DNA from: Macrostomum hystrix
Lineage: Eukaryota; Animalia; Platyhelminthes
Length of the DNA: 64,000 nt
Direction: 5' to 3'
Assembly: GCA_950097015.1 (NCBI GenBank)
Contig: CATNEN010000039.1
Span: 17,794,001 to 17,858,000, forward strand
Shown here: piece by piece, positions 37,701-48,886 of the stretch
Numbering within the stretch: the first letter of the stretch is position 1
Layout of the letters: every line of letters begins with the position of its first letter
Notes under the pieces: model-generated
The model's database searches: none
Told to the model about the DNA's origin: nothing
Seen by the model: the letters and a program-made list of their open reading frames with translations, nothing else
Program-made: the position numbers and the translations under genes

Positions 37701-38415
37701 TCGAGCCTGCATCACGCTCGGGTACGTCCCGCAGGCATGGACCGAGGCGAAGGTGATTTTTATCCCGAAGCCAGGCCGCCCGGACTACCAGTCTATTAAA
37801 TCCTTCAGACCAATCAGCCTAACCACCTTCCTGGTCAAGCTGATGGCGAGACTAGTGCTGTGGCGCCTTCTCTCAGTGGAACTGAAGAACGCGCCGCTCA
37901 GCGACAACCAGCATGCTTTTCGGGCGGGTCGCTCCACCGAAAGCGCGCTGCACGTTCTGGTCGACAAATTGGAGAAAGCTGTGCTTGGCACCGGCTTCGC
38001 CTTAAGTGTCTTCCTGGACATTGATGGTGCCTTTGACAACGTCCTCTTCGAAGCGTTCCGCAAAGCCCTTTACGAGAGGCACACTCACTCGTCCCTCACC
38101 AGATGGATCATGTATATGATCAGTCATCGCACGGTCACTGCCAACCTGCTGGGCCACCAACGGACGGTCCCCGTCCGCAAAGGGAGCCCGCAGGGAGGGG
38201 TCCTCTCTCCTATTCTCTGGAACATGGTCATTGACGAGCTCCTCCGAGACGATCGTCCTGACCCAATCCTGAAGGTGGGGTATGCGGACGATGTCACTGC
38301 TGTGGCGTCTGGCCCATCCCCTGACACTCTCAGGGACCTCCTTCAGAATTTCATCCACTCTGCTGAACAATGGGCGGGTCGCTGTGGTCTGAAGCTCTCC
38401 GAGACCAAGACTGCA

Positions 38416-38476
38416 ATGGCCTGCGCCTCCACGAGGTGCCCCCCGGAGGACGCAAGTCCTACGAAATGCAGGCCAT
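38416..38476 (+). ncRNA. Predicted HDV-like ribozyme core lacking its 5' P1 strand
   Basis: P2 ATGGCCTGC / GCAGGCCAT. P3 GCC/GGT. L3 TCCACGA. P1' GCCCCCC. P1.1 CC/GG. P4 AGGAC-GCAA-GTCCT. J4/2 ACGAAAT with C38462. Confidence 0.75.
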
Positions 38477-38918
38477 CAAACGGGCCCTCCCAAAGCCCAG
38501 CAAAGCACAGCACAGCACAGCCCTATCTCACCGCCCAACAAGCATCTGGCGGTCCGAACCGGTCCTAAATGACTGACCAACTGCCGACGCAGCCTGCCGA
38601 CCCTCAACGGCGGGCCCCCGGCGGCGCGAAGCGCCAGCCCGACCGTCGGTCCGCGCGCGCTCAGGCCCCCAGCAGCCTGCACCTCCTGCAACTCAACGCA
38701 GAGGGCGTCGTTGCCAAGACGCCCGAACTGTGCAAGCTGCTCCTGGACCTGCGCGTTGACGTGGCCTGTCTTCAAGAGACCCACACCGCCGAAGGAAGGG
38801 AACCACGCCTGCCGGGCTTCATGCAGTCTGGCGCCACAGACAGAGCGGCCGGCGCTCAGGTGGCCCCACCCGCGGCGGAGGGGTCGCGATCCTTATCCGC
38901 GAGGGGCTGCGCTACGAG

Positions 38919-41900
38919 GTGCTGCATGAGCGGCCCTGCGCCCCCGAGGACGTCTCCATCAGCGTCATCATTCATGGCAGCCGAGGCGCAGCCAAGAGAG
39001 CGGGCGCCGCCCGGCGGGCCTGGGCCAAAGCGGACTGGGCCGGCTTCCGCGCGCAGACCGAGGAGGCCCTGGCTGGCTGGGACGCCCTGCCGCCCGCGAC
39101 GGCCACCGAAGCCAACCGGCTGCTGACCGAGGCCATCATGACGGCCGACAAGGCGTTCATCCCGCGAGGGGCCCGGCCGTCCCCGAAGGCCTGGTGGACC
39201 CCGGAGGTCGAGGACGCCGTGAGGAGCCGTCGGGCCGCGCGGGCCGCCGCCGCTGCCGATCCGAACGAGCGGCCGGCCTGGAACAAGGCCAGCGCAGACG
39301 CCAAGAAGATCATCGCCGACGCCAAGCGCGACAGCTGGAGGGCCTTCGCCGGCGAGGTGGCAGCGGACACAGACCACTCCAAGATCTGGAGAGTCGTTCG
39401 CTCCCTTGACGGCAGAAGCAACAACCTGCAGCGGGATGCAGCGCTCCGTGTGGGCCAGAAGCTCTACGTCCGACCAAAGGACATCGCCGAGGCTTACGCC
39501 AAGGAGTACGCCGCCGTGAGCCGCCTTCCGCAAGACCGCAGGACGCGCATCCTCCGCCGCGAGAACCACCGCAGCCGCGCCGCCGCACAAGCTGACAGCC
39601 CGGAGGCAGGAGACTTTAGCAAGCAATTCTCGTCTCGCGAGCTGGACAGAGTCCTTCGCTCCCTCCCGGCCAGGAAAGCCCCAGGACCAGACGGCATCTG
39701 TGCCGAGCACCTGCAGCACCTCGGCCCCGCCGGTCGCCGGGCGGCTCTGCACGTGATCAACCAGTCCTGGGCAAAGGGGGAGGTCCCGTCTGCGTGGCGA
39801 CGCGCCCACGTCGTGCCGATCCTGAAGAAGGGCAAGCCGGCCGACGTGATTGGCTCCTACCGGCCGATCGCCCTGACCTCCGCCATGGCCAAGCTGGCCG
39901 AGCGCCTGGTCCAAGCGCGGCTCTACTGGTGGGCCGAGTCCCGGCAGCTGCTGCACCCGGCTCAGGCCGGCTTCCGCAAGCGGCGCTGCACCGAGGACCA
40001 GATCGCCAGGCTCACCCAGCTCATCAGTGATGGTCACCAGGCCAGCCCTGCCCGGCGGACTGTCGTCGTTCTGTTCGACTTCCGCAGGGCGTACGACACC
40101 GTCTGGAAGCAGGGCCTGCTGCACAAGCTCCACGCCGCGGGCATCCCGGCTGCCGGGGTCCGCTGGCTCAGCAGCTTCCTGGCCGACCGAAGGGCCGCCG
40201 TCAGGGTCGACGGCGCGACGAGCAGCTGGCGGCTCTTCCGCGAGGGCTTACCACAGGGGAGCGTTCTTGCCCCGCTGCTCTTCGCGCTTTTCATTAACGA
40301 CCTGCCGGACCAGCTGCCGCCCGACTGCACGCCGCTCCTCTACGCGGACGACCTGGCCATTGCAGTGCAAGGCCTGACTGTGGAGGAGGCCGAGGCGAAA
40401 GCGCAGCGGGCCATCGATGCGACGGCCGAGTGGGCAAACAAGTGGCGGCTGCAGCTGGCGCCGGAGAAGTGCGCCGCATCCCTGTTTTCCACCACCGCAG
40501 GTGAGGCCAGCCGGGAGCTGCGGCTGCAGCTGAACGACGCCCCCCTCGCGACGGACCGCCAGCCCCGGTTTCTCGGCGTCATCCTGGACCGCCTGCTGAG
40601 CTTCACCGCGCACGCCGCCAACGTCGCAGGCCGCGCCCGCGCCCGGTGCGGCGTCCTGGCCGCGCTCTCCGGTAGCAGCTGGGGCGCCAAGCAGACCGAC
40701 GTGCGCCGGCTCTACACTGCCTACGTGCGGCCGGTGCTGGAGTACGCGGCCGGCGCCTGGATGCCGTCGGCCTGCAAGACGGCCATTGAGCAGCTGGACC
40801 GAGCCCAGCGCCTGTGCGCGCGCGTCATCACCGGGTGCCCTCGGAACACCAGGTCGGAGGTGCTAGAACGAGAGGCCGGCCTGCCCCCGATGGCGGTCCG
40901 CGCCGAGATGCACGCCGGCCTTCTCCTCGAGCGCGCCCTCAGGCTCCCGCCCGACAACCCGCTGCTCGCCTGCGCGGCCGCCGAGGGCCCACGCCGCCGC
41001 CTCCAGAGCGCCCGAGGCTGGCGGGAAACGGCGACCAGAGTCAGCACCGACGCGGGCCTGAGCGGCTACCCGCGCGAGCCCGTTTGCGCTGTCCCCGCGA
41101 CGCCTCCCTGGGCCAACCTGGACACCGTCACCTTTGGTCTGCAGCTGTCCGCCCCCTCCTCCCGGTGCGACCCGCCTGAGGCACGGAGAGCGGCGGCTGA
41201 GCTAACGCTGGCAGGCCTGCCGCCCGCCCGCACGGCCATCTGGACCGACGGAGCGGCAAAGGATGGCGTCTCGGCCGGCGGCAGCGGCGCCCTGGTCGAG
41301 CCCGACACGGCACTGTGCGTCCCAGCCGGTCACGTGACGTCCAGCTTCCACGCTGAGCTGGTGGCCATCGCCGAGGCCCTCCAGTGGGTGTTGGCGGCAC
41401 CGGACCCGGCCGAGCTGTCGCCGGTCCGCGTGTGCTCGGACTCCCTGAGTGCGCTGGCTGCGCTCGAGTCCGGCCCCGGCTCGACGGGCGTCACCACTGC
41501 CGATGCCATCTGGGCCAGCCTCTCCCACCTCGCAGCCGGAGGCGTCGCTGTCCACCTGCAGTGGGTCCCGGGCCACGCGGGCATCCCTGGCAACGAGGCG
41601 GTCGATGCCATTGCCAAGCGCGGCTCCGCGCTGCCGCAGGCTGAGGCCCACATCCCGCTGGCTGCGGCCCAGGCCGCCATTCGCCGCCACTGCCTTGCCC
41701 GCTGGCACCAGCTGTACCGCGCGGCGGCCGCCGACGCTGCGGGCACGAGCTCGCTGCCCTGGCACGCCGCCTGCACCTCGGGCCACCTGCCGCCTCCTCC
41801 GCCGACTGACCTCTCGCGGCGGCACGAGCGGCTGATCTGCCAGCTGCGCGCCGACCGCTGCCATGCCCTCCGGGGCTTCCAGGCCGCGATTGGCGCCCCG

Positions 41901-42080
41901 GTGGCCCCCACCTGTCGACTCTGTGGCGAGGGCGACGAGACGGCGTCCCACGTGCTCCTCGCCTGCCCCGCCCTGACCGCCCACCGCTGCCGCCTCTGGG
42001 GCCCCTGCCCGGAGCCCGCTGCGGTCTTTGAATGCTGTGCTTCCGTGCTGGCCCTGCTTGGGAAGGCGGGCATCATCTGA
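38919..42080 (+). CDS. Reverse transcriptase-RNase H-zinc finger ORF of the Ingi-like element; the APE N-terminus lies upstream (38569-38900), frameshifted and internally deleted
   Basis: KAPGPDGI, SYRPIALTS, QAGFR, DFRRAYD, PQGSVLAP, YADD, IWTDGA, WVPGHAGIPGNE, CRLC..ETASHVLLACP. Confidence 0.9.
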   Translation: MLHERPCAPEDVSISVIIHGSRGAAKRAGAARRAWAKADWAGFRAQTEEALAGWDALPPATATEANRLLTEAIMTADKAFIPRGARPSPKAWWTPEVEDAVRSRRAARAAAAADPNERPAWNKASADAKKIIADAKRDSWRAFAGEVAADTDHSKIWRVVRSLDGRSNNLQRDAALRVGQKLYVRPKDIAEAYAKEYAAVSRLPQDRRTRILRRENHRSRAAAQADSPEAGDFSKQFSSRELDRVLRSLPARKAPGPDGICAEHLQHLGPAGRRAALHVINQSWAKGEVPSAWRRAHVVPILKKGKPADVIGSYRPIALTSAMAKLAERLVQARLYWWAESRQLLHPAQAGFRKRRCTEDQIARLTQLISDGHQASPARRTVVVLFDFRRAYDTVWKQGLLHKLHAAGIPAAGVRWLSSFLADRRAAVRVDGATSSWRLFREGLPQGSVLAPLLFALFINDLPDQLPPDCTPLLYADDLAIAVQGLTVEEAEAKAQRAIDATAEWANKWRLQLAPEKCAASLFSTTAGEASRELRLQLNDAPLATDRQPRFLGVILDRLLSFTAHAANVAGRARARCGVLAALSGSSWGAKQTDVRRLYTAYVRPVLEYAAGAWMPSACKTAIEQLDRAQRLCARVITGCPRNTRSEVLEREAGLPPMAVRAEMHAGLLLERALRLPPDNPLLACAAAEGPRRRLQSARGWRETATRVSTDAGLSGYPREPVCAVPATPPWANLDTVTFGLQLSAPSSRCDPPEARRAAAELTLAGLPPARTAIWTDGAAKDGVSAGGSGALVEPDTALCVPAGHVTSSFHAELVAIAEALQWVLAAPDPAELSPVRVCSDSLSALAALESGPGSTGVTTADAIWASLSHLAAGGVAVHLQWVPGHAGIPGNEAVDAIAKRGSALPQAEAHIPLAAAQAAIRRHCLARWHQLYRAAAADAAGTSSLPWHAACTSGHLPPPPPTDLSRRHERLICQLRADRCHALRGFQAAIGAPVAPTCRLCGEGDETASHVLLACPALTAHRCRLWGPCPEPAAVFECCASVLALLGKAGII

Positions 42081-44144
42081 TGCCCGGTGCCATGGGCCCT
42101 GGCCCGCGCACGCCCGAAGAAGAAGAAGAAGAAGAAGACCAAGACTGCAGTGATCATGTTCACCAGCAGAAACAAGTGGCAGATACAGCCGCTTAGGCTT
42201 TACGGTAAGGAAATTTCCTTCTGTAAGCAAACCAAATGCCTAGGGATCACCTTGGACCATAGGCTGAACTGGTCTCCCCATGTTCAAACCAAAACCAAGA
42301 GGGCCCTCGCGATCCTCGCGCAGCTGCGGAGGGCCGTTGGCACCACCTGGGGGCTCACCCCCAAGCGCCTCTGGTGGATCTATACTGCAATGGTCAGGCC
42401 AGCTGTCTCGTACGGCAGCTTGATCTGGGCCAGTGCCCTGCAGATGAAGACCTGCCTGGAGGCACTTAGGAAAACGCAAGGGCGCGCTTGTCGCATGACC
42501 ATGAGTGCCCCACCGTCTGCTCCTTACGACGGCCTCAATGCCTTCCTCGACGCTACCCCGCTGGACATTTTTGTCCGCAGGGAAGCCGCCAAAACAGCGC
42601 GTCGGCTCATTGACGCCGGCGTCCGCTTCACGCCGCAAAGAGCAATGGCAAAGCGCAAACTTCTGCCTCACACCGATCTGTGCCTTCGTGACTTGAAAGA
42701 TGGCGGCGGACTCCACGTCTTATCTGACGGCGAACCACGCACTCTCAATCTCACCCAGCGCTACAAAATCATCATTCCCTCGAGGGAAGACGCTAACGAC
42801 CACTGGAACCACCAGGAGGTCCACTGCTACACGGACGGATCCCTAAAAGACGGCCTTGCCGGCTTTGGGGTCTGCATCCTGATCAACGGCCGCGTCGTCG
42901 CCATGCACGCATGCCCAACATACTGGGAGACTCTCCACGGTCTTCCAGAATGAGATCCTTGCCATCAGCTCTTGTGCCGCAGAGCTGAATGCCAGGAATA
43001 CGAGAGGAGAGACTATCATCATCCACTCTGACAGCCAAGCGGCCTTACAAGCCCTTTGCCGCACCACCACGTGCTCCCGGACAGTCGCTGACTGTGCCCG
43101 GCAACTCAACCTCCTGGCCAGTAACAACACGGTCAAGCTGAGCTGGATCCCAGGGCATGCGGGCTTCCCAGGGAACGAGCTTGCGGATACCCTTGCAAGG
43201 TGGCTCTCTCCTGGGACCTGCTCCCCTGGTCCCGATCCCCATCACGGTCATCAATCGCCTTATTGATGACTGGGCTGAATCCCTGCACAGGGACAGATGG
43301 GCGGGCACCCAGAACTGTCGGCAATCCCGTGCCACAGTTCCGCGCCCGTCTCGCAGGCTCAGGAACATCCTTTTGAACCAAAACCGGAAGGATATCCGCG
43401 CCCTCGCCATGACCCTCACGGGCCACGGCTACCTCGCTAGGCACTGTTTCCTCCGGGGCGACCTTGAGAGTGAACTCTGCCCATTCTGTGAGTATGACAT
43501 CGAAGATGCTGAGCACTTTGTGTGTCACTGCCCTTTCTTTAACAGAGACCGGCTACGCTACCTCGGGCCCAACCCGTCCATGGACGAGATCTGCGCCAGC
43601 CCGACAGCATTCCACGGCTCGTCCAGTTCCTTCGTGCAACAAGACGAGCCACTTTCTTCCCCACGGAAGACAACGCTGCAGGACGGACCGGCGGACCACC
43701 CTGACCGGCCCCGCGCCCTTGCCTATCTGCGGGCCTACAGGGGTTAGCGGTATGGGCGACCCTCGCCTCCCCGCTGCGTCCATGGACCACCTGCAGCTAA
43801 GTCAAGTAAGTCAAAATGGGGAATATTCCCATAGATTACCTTTTCCGTCTCTCCCTCTCTCTCATTCAATAAATTTAGTTAAGCCCTGATATTTTTATTT
43901 CAATATTTCCAATTCATTTAAGCACTTTAAGACTAGTTAGAACAGGTAAATGATATATAGATGGGCAAATTAATGCAGAAAAATAATATTTTTGTACGAG
44001 CCTAATTTATTTCATGTGTTTATAAGGAAAGCCAACTGGTATCTGATATTGGCAGTGCAGTAATACAGTACAGTACAGTTCCACATCTTTGGTTTTGGGC
44101 GAGGATTTGAATTTGCTCGATTACGCGGCGGTCATTAATGGCTG

Positions 44145-44146
<2 letters not shown>

Positions 44147-44196
<50 letters not shown>

Positions 44197-44202
44197 ATTA
44201 TA
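44147..44202. repeat. (TA)n microsatellite
   Basis: Direct inspection. Confidence 0.95.
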
Positions 44203-44229
44203 TGTATAATATACTGATCTAATTAAAAA

Positions 44230-44800
44230 GTATTTCTTAATTTAGAATTGCTTGTCAGAAGGTATGCTTCAGCTTGATGGAGTCACTGACGGCGCAGTAG
44301 GTCGCTTTGGCGGGCCAGGCCGCGTTGCTGGTGTGCTTGTCAAAGACTAAAGGCAACGCGCAGCATCGAATTGGAGTTTCAGCGCCTCCGCTGGAGAGCG
44401 GGGCGAGATCGTCAGCGTAGACAAGCACGCAAAGCCGCTACTCCGGTTGTCGTCGTCCGCATGCGTCGCCGCAACAAATAACCGTCGTCATTAGTCGGCA
44501 GAGCAGTGCGGAACAGTCGAGCAAGAGAATGAACAGAAATGGCGCAGCTTGGAGCATTTTGATTGGCCGTCCGGTGTCGTTACAGCAGCTTTCTTGTCGT
44601 GGCGCATTGCAATAAAGTTGGAAACCATCTGCTCTGGTACGCTGTTAGCGCGAAGAACAAACGGTAGAGCGGCATTCACCACCATAACGCGATGGTTTTG
44701 CTCCTCCTAGGGCGCTGCTCTACTGCGACCTGTCCAGCGCCAGGAGTTTCTTAGCGTCGATCGTAACAATTCGGCCTCGATCTTCAGGCACTCCTCGTTC
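44230..44800 (-). pseudogene. Degraded non-LTR (RTE-like) reverse transcriptase fragment
   Basis: Minus-strand pieces VLRANSVPEQ..AAVTTPDGQS, APFLFILLLD, DDGYLLRRR, VLVYADDLA, separated by frameshifts. Confidence 0.65.
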
Positions 44801-46830
44801 AGGACTTTTTTAAAGAAAGTCCAGAAAACTCGCTCCTGCCTCTCTTTATATTTGATCGCGTTGCTTCCTCCTGGGACGGCTCTGTGTTACATTTACTAGG
44901 TATGGGGGCAGAGGCGGTGCTTTTGCTCGACATTCCAGTCTCTCTATCCTCCACCGAGTAAAAAGAGTAAAGAGTCAGGTTCCAGTGTTTGCTGCGGGGT
45001 TGCCACCTTCCACCCGACCCCCAGTTCTTTGGCTCGACTCTCCGCTGGCCGGTTTGAACCCGTTCCAAGTCGAGGCGGGCTATAGCTGCCTGGAGGCGTT
45101 CTGGTCTAGTGGCACAACTCTCCCGCTCACTTTATCCATTCTCGTCCTCGGTAGAATCGATCTGCTGCTTGGATTGCTTGCACCACCCTACTGTACTCCT
45201 CGTTGCCCATAGTAGGTGGGCGTTGTCAATGATTTTTTGTTCCAAAATTTTTTTTTGTTGCAGACTTTGTTTTTTTTCTGTAAACTATTTTCTTCTGCCC
45301 TTTCACTTTTGTAAAGCCTATGAACACCAAGCAAACGTGTTATGTCGAGAAAACTGAGAGAGACAGACTCAATTGTCTAGCTGGCCTGCAGGTAGCTTTA
45401 TGGAGGTAGCGAAGTCAAGTTGAATGTGAGAGGGCGTTGTGGCCTTGACGATCCTAAATATATTTAAGCAATGGTGGTTAAGTTGGACAGACTGGAGGGG
45501 GTTGCATGGCGGTACGATAACAAAAGAGTGCACGACTGAGGGTAGGAGAGGAGGCTAGAAGGTGAGCGATGGACCAATCAGAAGGCGGGAAAGGATAGAG
45601 AGACCAAGGTCAGAGCTAGGTAGAGGACCAGACAGAAATAGAGCGCGGTGACAAACGACGAGAAGAAGTGAAGAACCGTTCCGTTCTTCCATGAAGAACG
45701 GAAGGTAAACAGAGAAGAGTGCAGAGGAACGAGAGAAGAGGTATGAACGTCACGACATGTTTTGTATGCGGCTTTCATGCCACCGTGAGTGCAGGCGCGC
45801 GACGTGGTGCGTTTTGATTGGCTGGGGGTTCGCTGTCTGTCCCAGACCGGTCTAGGCCGGTTGGGGTTGTTGTTGACGCGCTTGTCTAAATATAAATTAG
45901 GGTGCACATGGACCTAATTTTCCAGTCTCGCGTTTTCCAACCTTCTAAATCACTATGCGATCTTAATTACGCGGCCACGCTACCTCAGCACAACAGAACG
46001 CCTTTCTGTAATTTAGTTTTTTAGTCCTTTCTTATAATGCAATACATGAGATCGGTATGAAACTAAACTAAAATTCAACAAAAAGGAAATGCCCTTTGCT
46101 ACCAGTATGCGCGCAGAATATAAACTATATACCACGTGTCGAGCTCGAAATAAAATAACAACATGATGACGGTCTAAAAGCGTTTTGAGATAATGCCAAA
46201 TGTAAAAATTTGAATTAAATATTGTTTGTAACATTAACTAGTTTGTTCTTATTTTATTTTTAAATAACAGCTTTTTACTTTGAAATACGAGTAAGTGTTG
46301 TTCAGAAAATGTATTTGTATAAGTTTTTAATTTACTAAAGCATCGTAAAGGCATTGTGTTTGAATTAAGCACGAATTCAAGTGTCATGAGAGTGTACTTA
46401 AAAAAATTAGTAGTTCTAATAAGAGTTTGTCGTCATAATCACGCAGTTACTGTAGATAATTGATAATATAAATAAGTAATCATGTATTCAGAGTAGTGGT
46501 AGTGATTTAGAGACCAAGTGGCAAGACACTATATTGCTTTCTACTTTTTGGAACTTTTAATTTTTTACTTTTACTGCTTTGGTTTTTACCGATCTTATTT
46601 AAGTTATTTAGCCTCCAACAGACTGAAGTTGCCTAGTTCCATATGAGTATTATTAGCTAAATTTCTATATTCAGAATGTATACATACATTTGTAGCCTCC
46701 AGAATCTCAGGCATATTATTCACTTAGTTTAAAATAAAAAAATGCAAAATATATTGCAGCAAATTAGATTGCACAGTAGGCCCTATATGCTATACTTGGG
46801 TTGGTGGTGGGGTTTTCATAAAAAGTAAAA

Positions 46831-47608
46831 GGCAGTGCTTATCCCCACGGTACCGTAGAAATAATTTTTGTCTTATTCCTACGGTACCGTGGGAATAATT
46901 TCCTGCTTATCCGCATGGCACACTGATGAGATAGCTGTCCTATCTTCAACATATTCCGTGGGAATAATTTCCTGCTTATCCGCACGGCACACTGACGAGA
47001 TAGCTGTCCTATCTACTTAAAAAAGCCACTGTATTGGTTAACTAATTGCGAAAAAAGCTGAAAACTTTAATTTGTTTACTTGCTTTAAAAAACTGGAAGA
47101 AAAAAGGAAAATTGCAGTCATGATAAAAAGATAGATGATAGGACAGCTATCTCGTCAGTGTGCCGTGCGGATAAGCAGGAAATTATTCCCACGGAATATG
47201 TTGAAGATAGGACAGCTATCTCGTCAGTGTGCCGTGCGGATAAGCAGGAAATTATTCCCACGGTACTGTAGGAATAAGACAAAAATTATTTCTACGGTAC
47301 CGTGGGGATAAGCACTGCCATACATGCGCAACACCCGGCTGACCCGGCCGAACCGGCTGGGTGAAACGAGGGCCAAGCAAGGTAAGTCGCAAAAACCAAT
47401 CGACCAAGCGCAAAAAAATCAAAGGGGGGACCAAGGGACAAAAAAGGAAGGCGTGAAGAAAAGGAAAAAGGGGAGAGAAAAAGAGAGCAAATGAGAGCAA
47501 ACTAAGTCATAAATAGAGCAATGAAACGAACTTAGTCGCAAATGAGAGCAAAAACTAAGTCACAAGGCCGGCTAAGATTTGGGAGGTTGCGCATGTATGA
47601 GCACTGCC
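46831..47608. mobile_element. Composite Mutator-like (MULE) non-autonomous element made of two fused foldback units
   Basis: 9-bp TSD aaagtaaaa (46822-46830, 47609-47617). Termini ggcagtgct / agcactgcc. Long palindrome 46831-47319 and a second inverted-repeat unit 47319-47608. Confidence 0.8.
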
Positions 47609-48886
47609 AAAGTAAAAATGCAAAATATTAAACTAGGGCATCATCAAATCACAATTATGAACCACTGGCTACTAGTTTATCATTAACTTGAACTGATTTG
47701 ATTCAGTAGCTGATTCTGATGCATTGATAGACTGTAGAAGAATTAATCTTATCCTTAAAAGGCAAGGATCTTCCTATTCTTCCTGTTGTAAGATTATCCC
47801 AAAGCTGTTTGGATGTTTAGGAAAAGTACATTTAGGATATTGAAATAATGACTGTAAAGTTAAATGAACATCAAACAAATAAACAGTGAGTAGAATAGAA
47901 AAAATAGAGAAGATGAATTAGTTAAACTTAGATAGAAAAAAATCAAAAAAGATAAAGTTGTAATTAAACCCATAAAAAAACAAAGTTTCAGAAAAGAAAA
48001 ACTAAATTGCAGTTAGTTTTGCCCTTCTTCAATGAGCACCAATAGTTCTTAAATCGGCAAGTTCAACTTAAGTTTTCCCTCAACTGCAAATTTGTTTTCC
48101 CTTAACTGCAAACTTATTTTTACCTTAACTGTGACTTAGTTATCTCTCCTCTGCAATTTAGTTAGTTTCATTGCTATATTTACAACTTACAACTTATTTC
48201 TTTATCCCAATTTTCATATCCTTGTCTTCTCTTCTCTTCTCTTCTTCTCTCTTTTCTTTCTCTATTTTTATTTCTTTTCTTTGCACTTTCTTCTTTCCCT
48301 CTTTGTCCCTTGGTCCTCTCTTTGATTTTTTTTGCCTTCTGTCACTTCATTATAGTCACTAAATTCAGTGGGCTTGAAGTAATTTTTGAAAGATATTCAT
48401 TTGAGTCAGGTGTTTTTTTTCATTTATTTAGCATTGAAATATGGTATTGGTTTTTACTATAGACAGTTTTATTTTTTTCTTTTGAAAGTGTTCACAAGAC
48501 TAAATGCATACTCCAGAACTATATAATTATTAATGAAAAAGTTTTAGAATAAATTCTCAAATAAGTTATTGTTTAGACTAAAACTTCAAACTATCAAACT
48601 AAGTGGTTAGAAAAAAAGTGGTCAACAATTCATTGTGAACAATTTTTTGTATCATGAGAAAAACTTAAACAAGAACTTAGATCATGGTTGCTATCAAAGC
48701 ACTTATGTATGAAATTTGTGCTTTGATTTCAGAAGATTTTCAAAATTCATTGCCATGTCATCCACTCATCTTTATGTTATTACACAAAAGGTTTTTATTT
48801 TCCGAAAATCAATTCAGTTGTACTAAAAACTTACCACCTGCAGCTGACTGCCGAATCAATTCTAGTTGAAGCGAGTCATCATCATC

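Larger units (their letters stand above)
38416..42135 (+). mobile_element. Ingi/I-like non-LTR retrotransposon nested in the RT of the LOA-like LINE
   Basis: 14-bp TSD agaccaagactgca (38402-38415, 42136-42149). (GAA)n tail. The host RT frame resumes (ETKTA/VIMF). GC content is much higher than the host. Clade assignment is tentative. Confidence 0.9.
26304..43817 (+). mobile_element. Full-length LOA/I-group non-LTR retrotransposon (~6.0 kb net), disrupted by three nested insertions
   Basis: TSD ggggaatatt at 26294-26303 and 43818-43827. ORF1 starts at 27948 and resumes at 35123. ORF2 starts at 36254 (ATGA overlap): APE (QINLQHS, LVQEPW, SDH), RT (LDIDGAFD, PQGGVLSP, YADD), RNase H (YTDGS, WIPGH) and CxxC..HxxxxC finger, with several frameshifts. 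3' tail taagtcaagtaagtcaa. Clade assignment is tentative. Confidence 0.88.

Noticed and set aside
38416-38476. Hammerhead or simple three-way-junction reading of this structure
   Set aside because: No CUGANGA box; the HDV topology explains L3, P1.1 and J4/2 better.
38856-42230. Long minus-strand ORFs (425, 342 and 281 aa)
   Set aside because: Antisense shadows of the GC-rich RT ORF with no recognisable motifs.
44800-45990. Moderately GC-rich stretch with short ORFs
   Set aside because: No recognisable domain, termini or splice structure; left unannotated.
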